Below are positions 19,006-28,498 of a DNA stretch of 36,843 bases, piece by piece. The first letter of the stretch is position 1, and each line of letters starts with the position of its first letter. The notes under the pieces are model-generated. The model was given only the letters and a program-made list of their open reading frames with translations. It was not told the origin of the DNA and did no database searches. This stretch comes from Methanocella sp. GTDB lineage: Archaea; Thermoproteota; Bathyarchaeia; Bathyarchaeales; Bathycorpusculaceae. Position numbers and translations under genes: made by a program. Location: assembly GCA_050261115.1 (NCBI GenBank), contig JBLNCY010000020.1, forward strand, positions 1-36,843, in the 5' to 3' direction.

Positions 19006-19160
19006 CGCCGGTCCCAGACTTATATCTTTAATCCTACCATTAGCAATCAAAGAACCACGTCTTTCAATTGTAGACATAGAAGCCAACATACCATCAGCTA
19101 AAACTACAAAGCTATCTGCAGCAATCTTTCTGGCGTTTATAGTTGATATTGAATCCTAAT

Positions 19161-20192
19161 TCACTTGAGTAGCAGCTTTGCGTTTCGCCACTGATCTTTC
19201 GCTAGCGAGAGATATCCGCCTGGCCCGCAATAGAGCGAGTAAGCCACATAGCATAGGTAGCTACATTGGGTGCAGCCGTGGTATCTTTCGCTTACCTTTT
19301 TGAATTCGTTACTCTTCCAGACCTGCGGAAAATCAAAGATTGAGCAAATATGATTATGGTGATGGCAGCCTGAAACACGGCCCAAGTGGTCAACGACTAT
19401 AAACTTCTTAAGTGCCTTGCACTCCCAGGTTCGCCTGTCTTTGCTGTAGAGGGTGCGCATTGCTTTGAGTATGCTGGTTGTCATGAGAATTTTCTTGTTT
19501 TTCTTTTGCATCTCTATTAGTTCATCGCAAAGGTCTACCATTGCCTGCTTATCCGTTATTACGAACTCGTCATTTATTTTGCCGATGCGAAAGAGCTGAT
19601 TGCTATCATTTGAGGTGTCATAGGAGTAGAGGCAATACCATACGGGGATACCTAACCCAGTGAAGTAGCGGGTGATGTCTACTATTTCATAGAGATTCTT
19701 CTGGGAAATAGTTGGCGTAACAGCAACCCTGATTCCCGCTTTATGCAAGGCTTGTACTGTTTCCATGGCTTTTCTGAAAGCTCCCGGAACAGCTTTTATG
19801 TCATCGTTTTTTTTCTCGTCTAAGCTGTCGATGGATATGGCGACAAAGTCCACTTTTTTTAGGGCATCCATTTTTTTTGCCGCCATACTGCCATTATCGT
19901 AGACTGTGAGTACAAAACGATCTGCCGCATAGTCGATTATCTCGTCAATGTCGGGCCGCAGCAGGGGGTCTCCCCCTGAGATGACGAGTTCAACTATGCC
20001 CATTTTTTTTAGTATGTCCAAGCCCTTTTTTATCTGGTCGGCGGAGAGCTCGTTGTCGTCTTGTTCTTTCCAGACGTTGCAGCCTGCACATCGATAGTTG
20101 CATTTGCGGGTGACTAACCACTGGGCATGCTGGGGTTTACCAAAAGAAAGTGCGCGTGATGCGATGGATGCTGCTTTTTTGTATCTTGCCAA
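19161..20192 (-). CDS. Radical SAM protein with C-terminal SPASM/twitch-like Cys cluster
   Basis: CNYRCAGC (CX3CX2C), SGGDPLLR, ISIDS; C-terminal C...GRVSGC...CTQCSYLC. Confidence 0.9.
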   Translation of the reverse strand: MARYKKAASIASRALSFGKPQHAQWLVTRKCNYRCAGCNVWKEQDDNELSADQIKKGLDILKKMGIVELVISGGDPLLRPDIDEIIDYAADRFVLTVYDNGSMAAKKMDALKKVDFVAISIDSLDEKKNDDIKAVPGAFRKAMETVQALHKAGIRVAVTPTISQKNLYEIVDITRYFTGLGIPVWYCLYSYDTSNDSNQLFRIGKINDEFVITDKQAMVDLCDELIEMQKKNKKILMTTSILKAMRTLYSKDRRTWECKALKKFIVVDHLGRVSGCHHHNHICSIFDFPQVWKSNEFKKVSERYHGCTQCSYLCYVAYSLYCGPGGYLSLAKDQWRNAKLLLK

Positions 20193-20351
20193 AGTGTCAC
20201 TTGCCGACTTTGAGTTGTATTGAAGTATTCAGACTGGCACTATAAAAACAAATCAGGTAAACCATCTCTGAAGCTTCAGGCGTATTCAAGCATAGGTACC
20301 GTTTGGGCGACGGCTTTATCTTTTTAAGTAAACGCTAACAATAAAGGTACG

Positions 20352-21131
20352 TTGACTGCCTTGAGGAGCATACCCACAGAAATCGACGTTGTTTTGTTGA
20401 CTAAGAACAGCCAACACATGCTCAGCCGATGCCTCCAGTCGCTCTACCGTAACGTGCCTGTAAAGAGCCTGATTGTAATCGACGGCTACTCAACTGATCG
20501 CACACTTACCATACTCGAGCGCTTCAACCAGAAACATCAAAACATCAAAATCCGACAAATATTGGGGTCGCGTGCTAAGGCACGGACGGAGGGGATACGG
20601 CATGTTTCTACGGAGTGGTTTATGTTTCTTGACAGTGATGTATTGCTTTCTAGATGCTGGTTCAAGAAGGCTACGGCGGAATTAAAAGAGGGCGTCGGCG
20701 CAGTGTGGGGCTTAAATGTAGATTTACTGCCCAACGTAACCAACAAGTGGTTTTTAGGTTTCCAGGCTTTTGTTGCTAGGCAATGCTTCAAGCTTCGAGG
20801 TGGAATGCATGATACCCTTATTCTTAAAAAAGCCGTGGAAGGCATACGGATTCCAGAGGAGCTCCATACCTATGAAGACGCCTACCTCGTGAAGTGGATT
20901 CGGGACAAAGGCTACAAGGTGGTTATTGGTCAAGAAATTTGTTGTCTGCACTGTAAGCCGCCGGAAACATGGAATCTACAAAGCGGTATTCAAGCAGGCA
21001 CCACGGATCTGCGTTGTGGCCTGGTTTATTCCCATGTTTTCCAATACGTGCTATTCTATCCCGTATTCTTCTTGTATTGGATGGTACAGTTGCCACTAAA
21101 TGGCTTAAGAAACAAACATCCTAAGAGTTAG
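20352..21131 (+). CDS. Glycosyltransferase family 2
   Basis: IVIDGYSTDRT, FLDSD (DxD) and YED motifs; hydrophobic C-terminal segment. Confidence 0.9.
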   Translation: MTALRSIPTEIDVVLLTKNSQHMLSRCLQSLYRNVPVKSLIVIDGYSTDRTLTILERFNQKHQNIKIRQILGSRAKARTEGIRHVSTEWFMFLDSDVLLSRCWFKKATAELKEGVGAVWGLNVDLLPNVTNKWFLGFQAFVARQCFKLRGGMHDTLILKKAVEGIRIPEELHTYEDAYLVKWIRDKGYKVVIGQEICCLHCKPPETWNLQSGIQAGTTDLRCGLVYSHVFQYVLFYPVFFLYWMVQLPLNGLRNKHPKS

Positions 21132-22143
21132 GTGATTCGTGCGATAGGGCAAGCCAGAGATGGTCAGAAGCTGGCCTCTCTAGGATCTCTGCTGAGTCAT
21201 CTGCTCGTATCATTATGCGCTTGTTAGGATTTAGAGTAAACTCGCCGATGACGTTTGCATAGATGTGTTCTGCTGCGAGTTTTTCTATGATTTTGGGTGC
21301 CGCTTCGGGATCGGCGGCTATGAGGAGCGCTCCGGAACTGATGAGTTGCAGGGGGTCGATTTCGTAGTAGCGGCATATTTTGGCGGTCTCGGGTTCGATG
21401 GTGATTTTGTCCTGTTGGATTTTTACGCCTAAGCTTGCGGCGTCCGCCATTTCGTGGATGCCGTTTAGGATGCCGCCTTCTGTGGGGTCATGCATGGCGT
21501 GTACACCGCCTGATCGGTATGCGGTTAAGGCGTCTTTGACGATGCTTATGTGGTTGTAGTATTGTTTGGCGCTGTCGATGAGGGTTTGGTTGAAGACTTT
21601 GCGCAGTTGCTCTTCTCGGTCGGTTGCTAGAATTGCGGTGCCTTCGATGCCGGCGGTTTTGGTTAAGATGAGTTTGTCGCCTGACTTTGCGCCGGCGGCG
21701 GTGACGTAGTTGCCTTTATCAGTTAAGCCCATGATGCAGCCAACCACGATCGGGCTGGTTATGGTTGGGGTGATTTCGCAGTGCCCTCCCACGATTGCTA
21801 TGCCCAGTTCTTTGGCGGCGTGATGCATCTGAGTGCTTATGGCGTCGATGGTTTGGCTGTCTGTGCCGACGGGGAGCATGATGCAGCTAAAAAAGAAGGC
21901 TGGCTCAACGCCAAACGTGGCAACGTCGTTGGCGTTTATATTTATGGCTTCCATGCCTATGCGTTCAACTGCGCCCGTGATGGGGTCCATGGAGATGATG
22001 GCGTCTTTGGAGCCCATGTCTATGATTGCGCCGTCTACTCCGGCGGCTGGGCCAAGCTTGACTTCCTTTCGGGGTGTACCTAGGTTTTTGAAAACAACAT
22101 CTTTGAGGAGGTCGATGGGGATTTTTCCGGGCGGCAGCTTCAT
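21121..22143 (-). CDS. AIR synthase-related family protein (HypE/ThiL-like fold)
   Basis: DPITGA, NANDVA, IVGGHCE, GDKLILTK, MHDPTEGG and LISSGALL motifs. Confidence 0.88.
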   Translation of the reverse strand: MKLPPGKIPIDLLKDVVFKNLGTPRKEVKLGPAAGVDGAIIDMGSKDAIISMDPITGAVERIGMEAININANDVATFGVEPAFFFSCIMLPVGTDSQTIDAISTQMHHAAKELGIAIVGGHCEITPTITSPIVVGCIMGLTDKGNYVTAAGAKSGDKLILTKTAGIEGTAILATDREEQLRKVFNQTLIDSAKQYYNHISIVKDALTAYRSGGVHAMHDPTEGGILNGIHEMADAASLGVKIQQDKITIEPETAKICRYYEIDPLQLISSGALLIAADPEAAPKIIEKLAAEHIYANVIGEFTLNPNKRIMIRADDSAEILERPASDHLWLALSHESPNS

Positions 22144-22156
22144 GGGTAATCATCTG

Positions 22157-22702
22157 TTAAAGGTAGCTTTTAAGCTGTGGGAAAACCCGCTGTACCGCAT
22201 GCATCACTGGAACTGCAATGACGAGACCGACTATCATTTGGACGATGTTGAAGGGTACTTCGACTGCTGCTAGCGTGGCGGGGTAGGATAGGATGAGTGT
22301 TTCGTAGATGAAGTAGCCTGCTACCATTTGTATGCCGCCGATTAGGATGGAGATGGCTGCAGATAGGGTTAGGTTTTGGGTTTTTTTGTAGAGTTTTTTG
22401 GTTAGGTAGCCGACGAGGAAGCCTTCGATGGCTTTTATGATGAGGGTGCCGACTGCGAATTGGGGGGCGACGAGCATGTCGGCGATGGATGCGCCTGCGC
22501 CGGCGAGTAAGCCTGCATAGGGGCCGAAGAGGAGTGCGGCGGTGTAGATCAGGCCTTCGCCGAGGTTGAAGTAGCCTGTGGTGGCTGGGATGGGGATGAC
22601 AAATGTTAGGGTGGCTACGGCGACGAGGGCTGCGAAGATGGCGCCTGCTGCGATGGCCACTGCTGTTTTGTGAGGGTTGGCTGCTCCATTCATGCTTATC
22701 AC
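22157..22702 (-). CDS. ECF transporter S component
   Basis: AIFAALV (AxxxA), IPIPATTGYFNLGE and LLFGP motifs; about 6 TM helices; 13-nt gap to the AIR synthase-related gene. Confidence 0.88.
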   Translation of the reverse strand: MISMNGAANPHKTAVAIAAGAIFAALVAVATLTFVIPIPATTGYFNLGEGLIYTAALLFGPYAGLLAGAGASIADMLVAPQFAVGTLIIKAIEGFLVGYLTKKLYKKTQNLTLSAAISILIGGIQMVAGYFIYETLILSYPATLAAVEVPFNIVQMIVGLVIAVPVMHAVQRVFPQLKSYL

Positions 22703-22870
22703 AGTGTTATATTGTGGGGGTTATTTACTTGCGGGTTGTTCTATAAAAGCATCATTGCATACGGTTTCTTATTTCTACCTTGTACATTTCCGTGTATGCC
22801 TAGGTGGCGACTTAGTGGTTGAGGGAAAATTCTTTATCCAAGTTCCTCAGAGTATTGGTCGTTGATGAGA

Positions 22871-23272
22871 ATGTCTGAGAAAGTAGACGTAATTAAACTT
22901 CACAAAGACGCCCAAGCATTCATGGAAAGCGGTAAACTAGAAGAAGCCCGCGAGATGTTCCTGAAAGCCGCCGACCTATACTACAAAGGCCAAAACTATT
23001 TTGGCTCCGCAGAAATGTACTACAAAGCAGGCGAATGCAGCTTCAACCTAAAAGACTACGAAAAAGCCGTAGAATTCTTCAACAAATCCTCCGAAGTCAG
23101 CTTCAACAAGGGCTTTGAACGCTACGGATTAAGCGCACTCGAGAACGCCCGAGATGCCTACAAAGCGATGGGTAAAGCCGCCGAGGCTGATGAAGTTAGC
23201 AAGAAAATAGAAGAAATCAACAAGAAAAACCAGCAGGCCGACGAAGAATCTTCGTTCTCCGTGTTTTCATAA
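22871..23272 (+). CDS. TPR-like (SNAP-like) helical repeat protein
   Basis: Repeated A-x-x-x-[FY]-x-K-A helices (AREMFLKAADLY, AEMYYKAGEC, AVEFFNKS). Confidence 0.8.
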   Translation: MSEKVDVIKLHKDAQAFMESGKLEEAREMFLKAADLYYKGQNYFGSAEMYYKAGECSFNLKDYEKAVEFFNKSSEVSFNKGFERYGLSALENARDAYKAMGKAAEADEVSKKIEEINKKNQQADEESSFSVFS

Positions 23273-23332
23273 ATTGAACCATCTTTGGTTCTATTTTTGA
23301 TGCACTTGCCTTGATTCTGCGAGGCTTCCCTT

Positions 23333-23370
23333 CTGTTGCTTTGCCGAGGCACCCCCTCCTTATATATAGA
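23333..23370 (-). repeat. Dispersed intergenic motif, copy 2
   Basis: Reverse complement TCTATATATAAGGAGGGGGTGCCTCGGCAAAGCAACAG aligns with 3109-3146. Confidence 0.6.
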
Positions 23371-23645
23371 GTCAATGGCGGGTTGAACTTTTTGTTGAGC
23401 TTTGTATTGTGCTGTGTTGGTTTTTAGCTGGCGTAACTTGATAATTGGGGGGTTTGAAATTGGTTTAGACTCGTTTGATGATTATGTTAATTGGTTTTTC
23501 TTTTGGGTTGTATGTGTGATTTCTTGGGTTTTCGGTTGAGTTAATTGTAGTTGATTCTTTTCTGCTGTTGGTTGGGTTTCCACCTACAAGATTATTTATT
23601 GCAAAAATGAGAAACGAGAACTTATGTTTTTAGAGGAGGAATACC

Positions 23646-26273
23646 ACGAAAAAAATTAAAATAAAAATTTGCACAGCAACAATTTTAGCAATCCTATTGG
23701 CCTCAATGGGCACAATAGCGCTCTCAAACGCACACACCCCACCATGGGACATAACCACCTACGCCTATGTTAGCGTCGCGCCAAACCCCGCAGGCATAGG
23801 CCAAACCGTCACCGTAGGCATGTGGGTTCAGATACCGCCACCTACTGCCCAAGGAACAAACGGAGACCGCTGGCACGGCTTCAAACTAACCATCACCGAC
23901 CCCGACGGAGTAAACAAAACCCTAGGGCCCTTCACTTCCGACGCAACAGGCGGAACCTGGACAACATTCACCCCAGACAAAATAGGCAACTACTCATTTG
24001 TCGTACACTACCCCGGAGAAACCCTCAAAGGCGAAAACAGAGCCAACCAAAACAACGAATACATCGGCGACTACTTTATGCCCTCCACAAGCGAAGTAGC
24101 ATATCTCTCCGTACAGGAAGAAGCCATACCACAATTACCCATCACACCCCTGCCAAATAGCTACTGGACAAGACCCATCTACGCAGTTAACTATCCCTGG
24201 TACAAACTAAGCGGCAACTGGCTGGGACTAGGCGCCCACTCATTTGCAGCAACAGGAAGATACAACGCAACAGGCAACTACAACCCCTACTCAAACGCGC
24301 CCCTAGCAGCCCACATCATGTGGACAAAACCAGTCGCCTTCGGAGGCTTAATGGGAGGCGAATACGGCGGCGACGACACAAGCAACTACTACTCAACCTC
24401 ACAGTACGAACCAAAATGGGCCCCCATCATCATAAACGGCATAATGTATTATGTCAATTACCCAGGAAGCTCAACTAACCCAACAGGCTGGACAGCTCTC
24501 GATCTACGCACTGGCGAAACAGTCTGGACCCGAGACGACCAATATCCCCTCACAAGCACTGGCGCACAAACAATACTAAGATGCGGCCAAATCCTTGATA
24601 TGGTCAACCCCAACCAGTACGGCGGCATCGCTTACCTTTGGAGCACTGGCACCCCCGCGGGCATGAGAGTCCAATCAGGCTCCACAACATGGAACATGTT
24701 TGATGCCATGACGGGAGAATACATACTAAGCATCGTTAACGGAACATCAATGAACCTAGTATCAGATGCAGGCGGCAACTTGATTGGCTACTACATTAAC
24801 AACACAGTTCGGGATAAACCAACACTTAACTGCTGGAACTCAACCCAAGCAATTCTTTATCCAAACAGCCAATACATCAAAGGTGTTACCTCTGATAGCT
24901 GGAGCTGGAGACCAGCACAAAACAGCACCATAGACTTCAAGCGCGGCATTATGTGGACAGTACCAATAGCTACAAACCTGACCACTGGAAACTTCCCGGA
25001 AAACAACTCCTTAAGCATTAACCGAGTTGATTGTGGAGTAGTTCTTATGACAGCTACAGGCGCAGCATACTATAACATAGGCTGGCAAGTTGACGCAGGA
25101 TACAGTGCAGAAACAGGCGAAAAACTCTGGATAGAAAACCGCACTCTAACACCTTTCACAAGAGACCAAATCACCAAATCAGGATTCGGCATGTACTTCT
25201 ACATAGAATCCGCAACAGGCAAAATCCGAGCATACGACATTTACACAGGAAAACTCGTGTGGGGCCCAATACAACTATCGGGAGATAACGGAAACGTACC
25301 CGTACCAAACCCCTACAACAGCATTGGCGGTTACCAAACAGAAATCGCAGATGGAATCCTCTACATCATGGGCTTCGGCGGCGATATATGGGCTATTGAT
25401 GCAAAAACAGGTAACCAGGTGTGGTATACTAGCACCAACAAACTCATAGGTGAATCTGGCTCAGATACACCGTATGGTGTTTGGCCGCTATGGGTCTTTA
25501 GCGGAGGCTCAATCGCGGGAGGCGTATACTTCCTAAACGTAGGTCATGAGTATAGTCCACCGCTATTCCGTGGAGCAAAGCAACTTGCCATCAACATAAC
25601 CAACGGCGAATTAGTCTGGGAGATCTCGGGCTTTGATGTGACAAACGCAGCAACCATCGTAGACGGATATGTAACAGTGCTAAACGCATACGACAACCAA
25701 CTCTACACTTATGGTAGAGGGCCTAGCCGAATAACAGTCACTGCCCCCGACATAGGCGTAACAACTCAAACCCCAATAACAATACGTGGGACAATCACTG
25801 ATATTGCAGCCGGAACAAAACAAGACGCCCAAGCTGCTAACTTCCCAGATGGAGTACCATGCGTAGCTGACGAAAGCATGAGTAGATGGATGGAATACGT
25901 CTACATGCAACAACCAATGCCCACCGACACCAAAGGTGTACCCATAACAATAAACATCGTCGATGCTAACGGCAACTACCGAACCATTGGAACCACCACA
26001 AGCGATGCAAGCGGAACATATGCGTTCACTTGGACACCCGACATCTCTGGCTCCTACAAAGTCTATGCAATCTTTGAAGGCTCGGAGTCATATTATCCAT
26101 CGACTGCCGTAACCAACTCCTATGCAGCCGAACCAGCAGCAACCGCAACCCCCATGCCGACACCCGCCCCATCAATGGCTGACTTGTACTTCATGCCGAT
26201 GTCAATTGCTATCTTCCTAGCCATCATCCTAGTCGGAGCACTCCTATTTGTAATGCAAAGAAAGCGACCCTAA
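23646..26273 (+). CDS. Secreted PQQ-type beta-propeller surface protein with Ig-like domains and C-terminal TM anchor
   Basis: Propeller blade motifs (ALDLRTGETVW, AYDIYTGKLVW, AIDAKTGNQVW, AINITNGELVW), a Pro/Thr linker, a TM helix and an RKRP tail. The frame is open upstream of TTG 23697 to ACG 23646, giving a complete signal peptide after SD GAGGAGGA. Confidence 0.88.
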   Translation, partial: TKKIKIKICTATILAILLASMGTIALSNAHTPPWDITTYAYVSVAPNPAGIGQTVTVGMWVQIPPPTAQGTNGDRWHGFKLTITDPDGVNKTLGPFTSDATGGTWTTFTPDKIGNYSFVVHYPGETLKGENRANQNNEYIGDYFMPSTSEVAYLSVQEEAIPQLPITPLPNSYWTRPIYAVNYPWYKLSGNWLGLGAHSFAATGRYNATGNYNPYSNAPLAAHIMWTKPVAFGGLMGGEYGGDDTSNYYSTSQYEPKWAPIIINGIMYYVNYPGSSTNPTGWTALDLRTGETVWTRDDQYPLTSTGAQTILRCGQILDMVNPNQYGGIAYLWSTGTPAGMRVQSGSTTWNMFDAMTGEYILSIVNGTSMNLVSDAGGNLIGYYINNTVRDKPTLNCWNSTQAILYPNSQYIKGVTSDSWSWRPAQNSTIDFKRGIMWTVPIATNLTTGNFPENNSLSINRVDCGVVLMTATGAAYYNIGWQVDAGYSAETGEKLWIENRTLTPFTRDQITKSGFGMYFYIESATGKIRAYDIYTGKLVWGPIQLSGDNGNVPVPNPYNSIGGYQTEIADGILYIMGFGGDIWAIDAKTGNQVWYTSTNKLIGESGSDTPYGVWPLWVFSGGSIAGGVYFLNVGHEYSPPLFRGAKQLAINITNGELVWEISGFDVTNAATIVDGYVTVLNAYDNQLYTYGRGPSRITVTAPDIGVTTQTPITIRGTITDIAAGTKQDAQAANFPDGVPCVADESMSRWMEYVYMQQPMPTDTKGVPITINIVDANGNYRTIGTTTSDASGTYAFTWTPDISGSYKVYAIFEGSESYYPSTAVTNSYAAEPAATATPMPTPAPSMADLYFMPMSIAIFLAIILVGALLFVMQRKRP

Positions 26274-26280
26274 AACCGAA

Positions 26281-26312
26281 TATTGAGGGAATATTCCCTT
26301 TTCTTTTTTTTT
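26281..26312 (+). terminator. Palindrome plus oligo-T terminator-like element
   Basis: GGGAATATTCCC followed by a long interrupted T tract directly after the stop codon. Confidence 0.55.
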
Positions 26313-26442
26313 ACTGGTTATTACTACTACAAAAAGTTCTGCAACAATCGGAATATCTCGTTTATAGATGGGAACCAAAGAAACTAGACGAAATAATAAC
26401 CAGGTAGCGCTTTAAAAAAAGAAAAAGTGGTCGTTATTTTAG

Positions 26443-27204
26443 CTATTTCTTTGCTAAGAAGAAGATTATGCTGGCACCTACGATTATCTCTCCAAATAAC
26501 AGCATAACGCTACTAGCAAAGGCATCTGTGGTTCCAAAGATACCGCCCAGACCAGCAAAGCCTAACCCGATAGCCACAAGAATTACTCCTACAACCAATC
26601 CGATAGCAAGTACCATAAGCGCAATTCTAGAAACGCCGTTTTGCTGGAACTGTACTTCATTTTTTGTTTTTGTTTCTTCTACGACAGGAGCAGCAGCGAT
26701 TGGCATGGCAACTTGTATTTTCTCTTCTTCCTTTGCCTCTTTGCTATCCATAACAATGGGTTCTTGCGTAACTGCTGGTTCTAGTTCCGGTTCAGGCTCT
26801 GGTTCATTTGGCAATTCAGCTTTGTCTTCAGGTGCGATAGTTAAATCCTCTATTTCCGATTTTCCAATCCTTTGGATGGAGCTAATTCCATTCAAGCAAC
26901 CTTCTTTAGAGCTATATCCTTCACTTGTAGCGATCACTTCTCCATTGGATGCGCTTAAGTTGAATCGGAATTCGCCTGCTTTGTCCTTGAAAATCTTGTA
27001 TTTTGGGAAAGGTATTTTTTGAGACTCCGTCGTGGTGTCCTCGACGGGGGAATCGATGTTCTTCTTAATGCTTTCAATACCGTTTATGCAGCTTGTTCGA
27101 CGCTCATATGCTTCACCGGTTGCTATAGTCCTACCATTTTCGGCGACTATTCGAAAACGAAATTTCCCAGCTTTATCTTTATAGATTTGATATTTTGCAG
27201 CCAT
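26443..27204 (-). CDS. Tandem YegP/DUF1508 domain protein with C-terminal membrane hairpin
   Basis: Two repeats of KDKAGxFRF...AxNGxxIATxExY...CxNGIxSI, an acidic EPEPE linker and two C-terminal hydrophobic helices. Confidence 0.88.
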   Translation of the reverse strand: MAAKYQIYKDKAGKFRFRIVAENGRTIATGEAYERRTSCINGIESIKKNIDSPVEDTTTESQKIPFPKYKIFKDKAGEFRFNLSASNGEVIATSEGYSSKEGCLNGISSIQRIGKSEIEDLTIAPEDKAELPNEPEPEPELEPAVTQEPIVMDSKEAKEEEKIQVAMPIAAAPVVEETKTKNEVQFQQNGVSRIALMVLAIGLVVGVILVAIGLGFAGLGGIFGTTDAFASSVMLLFGEIIVGASIIFFLAKK

Positions 27205-27602
27205 TTAAAGTACCAATCGCTTATCGGATAAAGTAGTAAAAAAGCCTTTGCATCATGGTATAGTTTGCAAGTTTTCTCTAGTCTGTGCGTAATAACCACC
27301 GTGATCTTGGTTGACTTGAATAGAAAATTAAAGAAAGCTGATGGAGAGAGTTGTTTATTCTTTGGATGAATCCGTTTAACTGCGGATTTTAGCGAGGTAT
27401 CTTGTCTTGTTAGGAGAGTGCCAATTTATTTCCAGAAAGTGAAATTACCTACTGGATTGAGCGACAAGCGACCGGATATCAGCGTATTTACAACTACACT
27501 TTTTCGTAGGCGATTTGGGTGTAACAAGCGCTTTATAAAACGCAAACAGCCCTGATAGACTCCTGTCCAGAAAGGAGTCCGTATATGAAAAGCATGATGA
27601 AG

Positions 27603-27676
27603 TGGACCGGGGGGGATTTGAACCCCCGACCTCTTGAGTGCAAGTCAAGCGTTCATACCAGCTGAACTACCGGCCC
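27603..27676 (-). tRNA. tRNA-Ala (UGC), intronless, CCA not encoded
   Basis: GGGCCGG/CCGGTCC-A acceptor stem with G3:U70, anticodon arm CTTGA-CTTGCAC-TCAAG, T arm GGGGG-TTCAAAT-CCCCC. Confidence 0.96.
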
Positions 27677-27753
27677 GCCACTTTCTGAAGACTATATAGA
27701 ACGGTGATATTTAGCTTTTGGATGGAGTAATACTAAAAATAGCCTTATATCGG

Positions 27754-27891
27754 CTAATCTGCTGTTGAGGGTTGTTCTGCTTGCAATGCCAATATGTAAC
27801 CAATTGCAATGCTTATGCTAAAGTGAGCGCCACAGTAAGCTGCTATAAGAAGGAATAAGCAGAATGCCTGTCCAATGGCAGCTAATTTCAT
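27754..27891 (-). CDS. Possible small hydrophobic peptide (45 aa)
   Basis: MKLAAIGQAFCLFLLIAAYCGAHFSISIAIGYILALQAEQPSTAD fills an intergenic gap; no clear SD. Confidence 0.3.
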   Translation of the reverse strand: MKLAAIGQAFCLFLLIAAYCGAHFSISIAIGYILALQAEQPSTAD

Positions 27892-27994
27892 AGTCTGTGT
27901 AGTTTAACTCTTAGCTTTTGGCATGGCCCTTATTTGCAATATGATTATATAGCAAAATAGTGCTATTGCCTAACGCATCATCGAAGGGATACTA

Positions 27995-28498
27995 TTGAAC
28001 AAGAAAATCGTAGCATCAGTAATCGCTATAATTATCCTATGCGCTGGAGCAGGAGTCGCAGTGTATACGTTCCTCGGCTCGAACCAGAACCAGACGCCTC
28101 AAACACCCACAGGTGAACTAGACATCACTGTGGGTGGCTCAAGTAACTGCTTAAGATTTCTCAACGACTCAGTGCCCATGGTTTACGTACCATTCACCGT
28201 AGCCGCCAACGAACAAATGCAACTCACTATAGAAGCAACAAAGATGCCAGGAGGAGCAAACGGCTGGAGCGACATCTACCTGTACCGGGGCTATTGGGAC
28301 AACGGCGCAAACAACACCTGTGTTTCAGGCGATGTTTATTCTATTCTGCCCGACATAGAACCAACCAATTCGGTTGTAATGCAGAATACGCCTTACACGG
28401 CAATCTTCGGTGAATCTACCCTACAGAGTTACACGGTGTTCTTTGTGTTTCCGCCGGGTGGACCCGCAGAGTTCCACATAACTCTAAAACCAACTTAA
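27995..28498 (+). CDS. Membrane-anchored or secreted hypothetical protein
   Basis: MNKK plus hydrophobic helix, Gln/Thr/Pro linker and a beta-rich domain with two Cys. Confidence 0.8.
   Translation: MNKKIVASVIAIIILCAGAGVAVYTFLGSNQNQTPQTPTGELDITVGGSSNCLRFLNDSVPMVYVPFTVAANEQMQLTIEATKMPGGANGWSDIYLYRGYWDNGANNTCVSGDVYSILPDIEPTNSVVMQNTPYTAIFGESTLQSYTVFFVFPPGGPAEFHITLKPT

Noticed and set aside
22703-22860. TPP or other riboswitch upstream of the ECF S component
   Set aside because: No CUGAGA or other recognisable aptamer core on the minus strand.
27594-27665. ATGATGA...CTGA on the plus strand, C/D-like
   Set aside because: It lies antisense to tRNA-Ala, the CTGA is simply the complement of the D arm, and there is no terminal stem.
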